A DNA stretch of 64,000 nt from Alphaproteobacteria bacterium (GTDB lineage Bacteria > Pseudomonadota > Alphaproteobacteria > UBA828). Each line of letters opens with the position of its first letter. Within the stretch, counting starts at the first letter, position 1. Below the pieces are notes generated by a model, which worked only from the letters and a program-made list of their open reading frames with translations, ran no database searches and was not told the DNA's origin. The stretch covers positions 672,001 to 736,000 of the forward strand of contig CBDCRW010000007.1 of the NCBI GenBank assembly GCA_965221125.1, written 5' to 3'. Made by a program: the position numbers and the translations under genes. Shown here piece by piece: positions 58,231 through 64,000 of this stretch.

Positions 58231-58983
58231 TCAGGCCGTCCCCAGGTAGGCTTCGATCACGGCTGGGTCGGCGCGGATTTCCTCGGGCGTGCCTTCCGCC
58301 AGCAGTTCGCCGAAGCTCAGCACCGTGATCTGGTCGCACAGTCCCATGACCGCCTGCATGTCGTGCTCGACCAGCAGGATGGTGACGCCCTGGCCGCGCA
58401 CGCGCTCCACCAGCACCATCATCTGCCGCGTCTCTTCAGGGTTCATGCCGGTAAAGGGCTCGTCGAGCAGGATCAGCTTGGGCTCGGCGGCGAGCGCCAC
58501 CGCAATGCCGAGCGCCCGCTGGTGGCCGTGCGGCAGGTTGACCGTCTCGTCGTCCTGGCGATCGCCCAGGCCCATGAACGCGAGTATTTCCTTTGCGCGC
58601 GCTTCCGATTCTCGTTCGGCGCCCCGGCTGGTGCCGAGCAGCGCGCTGAACGGCCCGACGTGGGACTGCATGTGGCAGCCGATCAGGACGTTCTCCAGAA
58701 CGGTGAGCTCCTGGAAGAGCGTGGTGGCCTGAAACGTGCGAACCACGCCCCGCGCCGCGATCCGGCTCGGGCGCAAGCCCGAAATCTTGCGGCCGCCGAA
58801 CACGATGTCGCCGGCGGTCGGCTTGTAGTAGCCGCTGATGACGTTGAAGGTCGTGGTCTTGCCGGCGCCGTTCGGGCCGATCAACCCGTGAATCTGCCCC
58901 TCGTCGACGGTGAACGAGAGGTTATTCACCGCGGCGAGACCGCCGAAATGCCGTGACAGTTCGCGGACTTCGAGCAAGCTCAT
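58231..58983 (-). CDS. livG: LivG-like ABC ATP-binding protein
   Basis: FGGLAAV, GPNGAGKTT, RTFQ, VEHDM and VIEAYLG motifs. Confidence 0.92.
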   Translation of the reverse strand: MSLLEVRELSRHFGGLAAVNNLSFTVDEGQIHGLIGPNGAGKTTTFNVISGYYKPTAGDIVFGGRKISGLRPSRIAARGVVRTFQATTLFQELTVLENVLIGCHMQSHVGPFSALLGTSRGAERESEARAKEILAFMGLGDRQDDETVNLPHGHQRALGIAVALAAEPKLILLDEPFTGMNPEETRQMMVLVERVRGQGVTILLVEHDMQAVMGLCDQITVLSFGELLAEGTPEEIRADPAVIEAYLGTA

Positions 58984-59098
58984 GGGCGCCGGTCGGACTC
59001 GCTATCGTGACGCGGGGAAGCCTAACCCCGCGCCGCTCGCCACGCCACAAGAGATCGCTGCGCGCAACGATGCGGCTTGGCGATGCGGGCGGGTTCGC

Positions 59099-60301
59099 TC
59101 AGGAGCCGGCTGCTGCCCGCAGGGCCTGCTCCAGATCGGACTGCAGATCGGTCTCCGCTTCGAGCCCGACCGAGAGGCGGACGAGGCCATCGCCGATCTC
59201 GAGTTCGGCGCGGGCTGCGGCGCCGATCTTCTGATGCGTGGTGCTGGCAGGGTGGGTGGCGAGGCTCTTGGCGTCGCCCAGGTTGTTCGAAATGTCGATC
59301 AGTTCAAGCGAATCGAGAAAGCGGAAGGCGGCGTCCCACCCGCCGGCAAGGTCGAACGCGATGACGCTGCCGCCCCGGCTCATCTGCTTCGCCGCGAGGG
59401 CGTGCTGAGGGTGGCTCGGCAGGCCCGGATAGTGAACGGCCGCGACGGCTGGGTGGCTCTCAAGGAACGCCGCCAGTTGCGCCGCGGTCTCGCACATGCG
59501 CGCGGTGCGAAGCTCCAGCGTCTCGAGCCCCTTGAGCATGACCCAGGCGTTGAAGGGGCTCATGACCGGGCCCGTGGTGCGCATGAAGGGCACGAGGTCG
59601 CTGGCGAAGAATTCGTCGTCACCCAGGATGGCGCCGCCTAGGGCGCGGCCCTGGCCGTCGATATGCTTGGTCGTCGAATAGACGACGATGTCGGCGCCGA
59701 GGGCGAGGGGGCGCTGGACCATGGGCATGCCGAGCACGTTGTCCACGACGACGCGCGCGCCGACGCGATGCGCCAGCTCTGAGACCGCTGCGATGTCCAC
59801 GATCGCCATGGTCGGGTTGCCGGGGCTCTCGAGAAAGACGCAGCGGGTCTCCGGCCTCAGCGCGCGCTCCCATGCGCGCAAGTCGGTGCCGTCCACGAGA
59901 TCGGTCTCGATGCCGTAGCGCGGCAGCAACTGGTCGATCACCACGTAGCACGCGCCGAACATGACCCGGGATGCGACCACGTGGTCGCCGGCGCGCAGCT
60001 GGCACATGAGCGATGCGAAGACCGCCGCCATGCCGGTCGCCGTCGCCTGGCAGGCGTCCGCGCCCTCGATCAGGGCGAGACGGTCCTCGAACATGGTGAC
60101 GGTCGGGTTGCCGAAGCGGCCGTAGACGTAGCCGTCCTCCTCGTCCGCCGTGCGCGCGTTGCCCTGCGCCGCCGTGTCGTAGACGAAGCCCGAGGTCAGG
60201 TAGAGCGCCTCGTTGGTCTCTCCGTGGTGCGAGCGCTCGGTTCCGCCCCGCACCAATTGGGTCGCGGGTGCCCACGCCCGCTCGCGTTCCTTTCGTCCCA
60301 T
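59099..60301 (-). CDS. metZ: O-succinylhomoserine sulfhydrylase
   Basis: EALYLTSGFVY, Y.RFGNPT, YSTTKHIDGQGR (PLP lysine) and NNLGDAKS motifs; SAM riboswitch upstream. Confidence 0.93.
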   Translation of the reverse strand: MGRKERERAWAPATQLVRGGTERSHHGETNEALYLTSGFVYDTAAQGNARTADEEDGYVYGRFGNPTVTMFEDRLALIEGADACQATATGMAAVFASLMCQLRAGDHVVASRVMFGACYVVIDQLLPRYGIETDLVDGTDLRAWERALRPETRCVFLESPGNPTMAIVDIAAVSELAHRVGARVVVDNVLGMPMVQRPLALGADIVVYSTTKHIDGQGRALGGAILGDDEFFASDLVPFMRTTGPVMSPFNAWVMLKGLETLELRTARMCETAAQLAAFLESHPAVAAVHYPGLPSHPQHALAAKQMSRGGSVIAFDLAGGWDAAFRFLDSLELIDISNNLGDAKSLATHPASTTHQKIGAAARAELEIGDGLVRLSVGLEAETDLQSDLEQALRAAAGS

Positions 60302-60305
60302 ACGC

Positions 60306-60333
60306 AAAAACCCCGGCCGCGCCGGCCGGGGTT
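60306..60333 (-). terminator. Terminator-like hairpin in the metZ leader
   Basis: AACCCCGGCCG-GCG-CGGCCGGGGTT followed by TTT on the minus strand. Confidence 0.65.
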
Positions 60334-60342
60334 CCCTCCCTT

Positions 60343-60402
60343 CGACCTTTTAGCGCGCTTGTTTAGCGTGGCCGCAAGCCGGTCGCTCAAATCGCCACGT
60401 AC
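60343..60402 (-). ncRNA. SAM-II (SAM-alpha) riboswitch
   Basis: GTGGCGATTTG..GCTTGCGGCCAC..TAAACAAG..GCTAAA fits the SAM-II pseudoknot consensus; lies upstream of metZ; boundaries approximate. Confidence 0.88.
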
Positions 60403-60612
60403 TCGAACTAGAGACTACGGAAGGGCGCGCGTCAAGGCATCTTCTTGTCCGGCAGTCGCGCCGGCAGGCGCGCGGAATCGCAGTCACGCGGAATCGCAGG
60501 ACGGCCGGCTGCCGCGAGCGACAAATGCGCAGAGCGTTTCCGTGCAAAACGGAAACGCTCTATAGTGCGCGCGGCCCGGCGGCGGCGGTACGCTGTCGCA
60601 GCCTGGGCCGGT

Positions 60613-60689
<77 letters not shown>

Positions 60690-60745
60690 TTTCTCGTCTG
60701 GTCGGCAACGGCGTTCAGCGTGACTTCGGCGAAGGCCGAAGCGGA

Positions 60746-61504
60746 TCACGTGGGCGAGCGCTCGGCCCAGCCTGCGAAGATGCGCTCCAGCATCACGACG
60801 ACGTAGTAGAGCAGGATGCCAAGGGCCGCGAGCGCAATGAGCACGGCGAACATCAGGGGATAGTCCGCGCTGATCTTGCCGCTGTCGAACAGATGGCCAA
60901 GGCCGCGGCCGTGCGGCTCCACGATCTCCATCAGGTTCGTGCCGATGAAGGCAAGCGTCACCGCAACCTTGAGAGACCCGAAGAACTCCGGCAGCGTCTT
61001 GGGAAGCGCGATCTTCCAGAAGATCGTGAGGCGGGACGCGCCGAGCGAGGCGAGGATGTCGCGGTACTCCGGCTCCAGCGTAGACAGTCCGATCGAGACG
61101 GAAACGGCGATCGGGAAGAAGGAAATGAGGAACGCGATCAGGATCGTGTTCATGTCGTGCCGGCCGACGAACAACAGCGCGATGATGGGGACGACGGTCG
61201 CCTTGGGTATGGCGTTGAAGCCGACGAGCAGCGGGTAGAGCGCATCCCGCATGGTCCGGTTCAGCCCCATGATCATGCCGATGAGCACGCCGGCGGCGAC
61301 GGACACCAGGAGCCCCGCCACGGTTCGCCAGAGCGTGTCCCATCCGTACTCCAGGAACAGCCAGCGGAACTTCCAGAAGGCAGGTCCGAGATCCGAGGGC
61401 GAGGCCATCTTGTAGTTGGGCCAGTCGTTCACCCACACCAGCGCTTCCCAGAGCAGGCAGAACACGACGAGCGCGATAAGCGGCGCAAAGACGCGCCAGT
61501 TCAT
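60746..61504 (-). CDS. NitT/TauT-family ABC permease
   Basis: P.....NAIPK, FFPI and LGASR..IFWKI.LP motifs. Confidence 0.9.
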   Translation of the reverse strand: MNWRVFAPLIALVVFCLLWEALVWVNDWPNYKMASPSDLGPAFWKFRWLFLEYGWDTLWRTVAGLLVSVAAGVLIGMIMGLNRTMRDALYPLLVGFNAIPKATVVPIIALLFVGRHDMNTILIAFLISFFPIAVSVSIGLSTLEPEYRDILASLGASRLTIFWKIALPKTLPEFFGSLKVAVTLAFIGTNLMEIVEPHGRGLGHLFDSGKISADYPLMFAVLIALAALGILLYYVVVMLERIFAGWAERSPT

Positions 61505-62295
61505 GCGTCGCCCTCCCGCGAGGTCCTGCCCTGCGCGATCTGTATCTGGCGCCGAAGCTCCCCCAGCATGTCCGTCGCCTCGGGGCCGTAGAGGCGGTCG
61601 AGATCCCGTTCGCCCTCCCACGGGACCACCATCGTGTACTGCGTGACCGCCGGACGGCCGGAAAGCACGATCACCTCATCCGCCAGAAAGATCGATTCCC
61701 GAAGGTCGTGCGTGATCATGACGCCGGTGAACGGCTCCTCCGACTTCACCTTCTGCATTGTCTGCCAGAGGTCTTCGCGCGTGAACGCATCCAGCGCGCC
61801 GAAGGGCTCGTCGAGGATCAGCACGTCCGGCTTGTGCACGAGCGAGCGGCACAGTGAGGCGCGCTGCCGCATGCCGCCCGACAGCTCGCTCGGCCGCTTG
61901 TCCTCGAATCCCTCGAGGCCGACAAGCGCCAGAAGCTGCCGTGCGCGTTCCTCTTTCTCGCGCTTCGGCATGCGCGGGGCCACGAGTTCGAGCGGCAGCG
62001 TCACGTTCCGCAGCACGGACCGCCATTCGAGCAGGACCGGGTTCTGGAACGCCATTCCGACCGAGGATTTCGGGCCCGTGACCCGCTCCCCGTGCAGCCA
62101 GACCTCGCCTGCATCCGGCGCCAGCAAGCCGGCGATCAGGCGCGTCAGCGTCGACTTGCCGCAGCCGGACGGGCCGACCACGGCAACGAAGCCACCCTCG
62201 GGAACCCGCATGTCGACGCCATCGAGGACGGGCAGCCGTCCGCCCTTCGTCTCGTAGGTAAGCTTGACGTCCCTGATGTCGATCAGGGCATCCAT
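61501..62295 (-). CDS. NitT/TauT-family ABC ATP-binding protein
   Basis: GPSGCGKST, LSGGMRQR and DEPFGALD motifs. Confidence 0.93.
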   Translation of the reverse strand: MDALIDIRDVKLTYETKGGRLPVLDGVDMRVPEGGFVAVVGPSGCGKSTLTRLIAGLLAPDAGEVWLHGERVTGPKSSVGMAFQNPVLLEWRSVLRNVTLPLELVAPRMPKREKEERARQLLALVGLEGFEDKRPSELSGGMRQRASLCRSLVHKPDVLILDEPFGALDAFTREDLWQTMQKVKSEEPFTGVMITHDLRESIFLADEVIVLSGRPAVTQYTMVVPWEGERDLDRLYGPEATDMLGELRRQIQIAQGRTSREGDA

Positions 62296-62410
62296 GCGGA
62301 GCCGCCTGCTGACGGTTGGACACCCTGCGTTTGGCCGCCGGCCGGAGAGATCATTCGCAACGAGACGGCTTCCCCGGCCGGCGCATGCAGCAAACCCTGC
62401 CGTGGTCAGG

Positions 62411-63418
62411 CTATTGAAGCATCCTCATTTCGGCCGCCGGCAGATAGGCATCCGTGAAATACAGCGAAGCGTCCGGCTCATTCTGGAACTCGTAGGTCTC
62501 CGCGATCTGCATGAGCGCCTTCTCCATGCGCGCCGCATCGATGCCGCCGATTCCGTTGGCACTCGTGTAGTCCGTGAGCACGTTGGCGTCGATGGAGAGC
62601 TGGAGCCGGCGCGTCTCGAGCGCCGCATCGGCGGCGGGATTCCGCTTCACCAGCGACTCGACGGCCTTCGCCGGATCGGCGATGGCGTCCTTCCAGCCCT
62701 TGGCCACGGCGGCGATGAACCCCGTGACCTTGTCGGCGTTGGCCGCCGCATAGTCGGTGTTCACGATGATCGCGTTGCCGTAGAGCGCAAGCCCGTAGTC
62801 AGCCATCAGGATGGTCGAAATGTCGTCCTCCGGCACGCCGAGGCGGACGAGGTTCAGGAAGGACGAGAAGGAATAGCCGGTCACGGCATCGACATTGCCT
62901 TCCGCCAGCATCGGCTCGCGGGTGGGGAAACCGACGGGCTCGACGGTGATCTTGTCGACATCGAGGTTATTGGCCGTGGCGAAGGCCGGGAACTGGGCCC
63001 AGGCGCCATCGGGCGGCGGCGCGCCGAGCACCCGCCCTTCGAGGTCCTTCGGCACCATGATGCCGAGGCTCTTGCGGCCGACGACGGCGAAGGGCGGCTT
63101 GTCGTAGACCATCATGACCGCGGTGACCGGCGCGCCCGGATTCTGGTCCAGGAACTTGACCAGGGAATTGATGTCGGCGAAGCCGACCGGAAAGGCGCCG
63201 GTTGCCACCTTGGGAATGGCATCCAGAGAACCTTGGCCTGCAGAAATCTCGACGTTGAGGCCCGCGGCCTCGAAGTGTCCGTTGTCGATAGCCGCAAAAT
63301 ACGGCGCCGAGGGACCTTCGAACTTCCAGTCAAGCGCGAACGGCATGTCCTCCTGGGCGCTGGCGGCCCCTGCCAGGGCCACGGTGGCGGCCAGGAATGC
63401 GAGAGCGAATTTGCGCAT
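62411..63418 (-). CDS. NMT1/THI5-like ABC substrate-binding protein
   Basis: Signal peptide; LDWKFEG and GAPPPDGA motifs; GAGGAGG RBS. Confidence 0.88.
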   Translation of the reverse strand: MRKFALAFLAATVALAGAASAQEDMPFALDWKFEGPSAPYFAAIDNGHFEAAGLNVEISAGQGSLDAIPKVATGAFPVGFADINSLVKFLDQNPGAPVTAVMMVYDKPPFAVVGRKSLGIMVPKDLEGRVLGAPPPDGAWAQFPAFATANNLDVDKITVEPVGFPTREPMLAEGNVDAVTGYSFSSFLNLVRLGVPEDDISTILMADYGLALYGNAIIVNTDYAAANADKVTGFIAAVAKGWKDAIADPAKAVESLVKRNPAADAALETRRLQLSIDANVLTDYTSANGIGGIDAARMEKALMQIAETYEFQNEPDASLYFTDAYLPAAEMRMLQ

Positions 63419-63718
63419 GGTTTGCGACCTCCTCTGTTTCGGTTTGCGCCGCGCGCGTCCCCCTTAGCGCGGAAGACAGGTGACGGGCGCGGTTCGCGAC
63501 CAAATTATGTCAGTCTGCTTGGCACCCTACCGGAATACGGTGCCGGCGGAAACAAGAGACGGTCCTGTGCAACGGGCATAGGCATGACGCTGGCCGCGGC
63601 TACCTGAACCGCTCACACCGAGGCCGGATTTCGGGAAGGCTCGGATTGATCGACGTGCGTCAACCTCTGGCCCGTCACGCGAACGCGCTCCGCCGCCAGG
63701 ACAACCCATTGATCTGGT

Positions 63719-63795
63719 TGGCGCGCCCGGCAGGACTCGAACCTGCGACCCCTTGATTAGGAATCAAGTGCTCTATCCGGCTGAGCTACGGGCGC
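63719..63795 (-). tRNA. tRNA-Arg(CCT)
   Basis: 77 nt GCGCCCGTAGCTCAG...CTTGA-TTCCTAA-TCAAG...GGTTCGAGTCC...CCA; TTGACA -35 box at 63829-63834. Confidence 0.98.
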
Positions 63796-63865
63796 TCCTT
63801 GTTCCATCGATAGCGGGGCCGGGGCGTTTGTCAATCGGGGAGGGCTGCTGCGTCCACAAGCGGCC

Positions 63866-64000
63866 TCAGGCGTCGGCGAGCGCGGCCGGGCTTTCCGGCA
63901 GGATCTGCCCGCCGTCGAGCACCAGCGCCTGGCCGGTGATGTAGCGCGCCTGATCGCTGGCGAGGTAGACCGCGGCGTAGGCAATGTCGTCGGTCTCCCC
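63866..64000 (-). CDS. C-terminus of an SDR oxidoreductase (truncated by window edge)
   Basis: [32 protein letters not shown] is a typical SDR tail. Confidence 0.85.
   Translation of the reverse strand, partial: GETDDIAYAAVYLASDQARYITGQALVLDGGQILPESPAALADA

Noticed and set aside
63420-63718. TPP riboswitch or RutR box upstream of the NMT1-type binding protein
   Set aside because: No CUGAGA/ACCUGAU core; the AT-rich GACCAAATTATGTCA dyad does not fit RutR spacing.

Overview
Chromosomal window from a high-GC alphaproteobacterium (Rhodospirillales-like gene content and order; taxonomy inferred). The housekeeping backbone runs nuoF-N, birA, coaX, rnj, mce, DUF1467, then proS-lolC/E-lolD, htpG, a Suv3/MgpS-like helicase, hslR, fdxA, carD, metZ (SAM-II riboswitch), tRNA-Pro(GGG) and tRNA-Arg(CCT). 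A ~23.5 kb integrase-free catabolic/transport block separates DUF1467 from proS. It holds three ABC systems, an orphan binding protein fused to a VOC domain, oxidoreductases, a PhyH dioxygenase, a CRTAC1 protein and a DinJ-YafQ toxin-antitoxin pair. The best candidate for a new system is 51.2-59.0 kb. There a Glu-bridged Rieske oxygenase overlaps a gamma-butyrobetaine-dioxygenase-like gene. It converges on an operon encoding one 1051-aa protein in which a FadF/EMO/DgcB-type membrane Fe-S oxidoreductase is fused to an ETF beta subunit, followed by EtfA. Other signals: short ORFs bridging stop and start codons at several junctions (including a 17-bp tandem triplication at lolE-lolD), a CarD with a histone-H1-like tail, a metallophosphoesterase lacking its metal ligands, a 47-bp palindrome at the TA promoter, a 19-bp promoter motif shared by two ABC loci, and a hairpin that splits the metZ ribosome-binding site. 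All family calls come from motif recognition and recall; no database searches were run.
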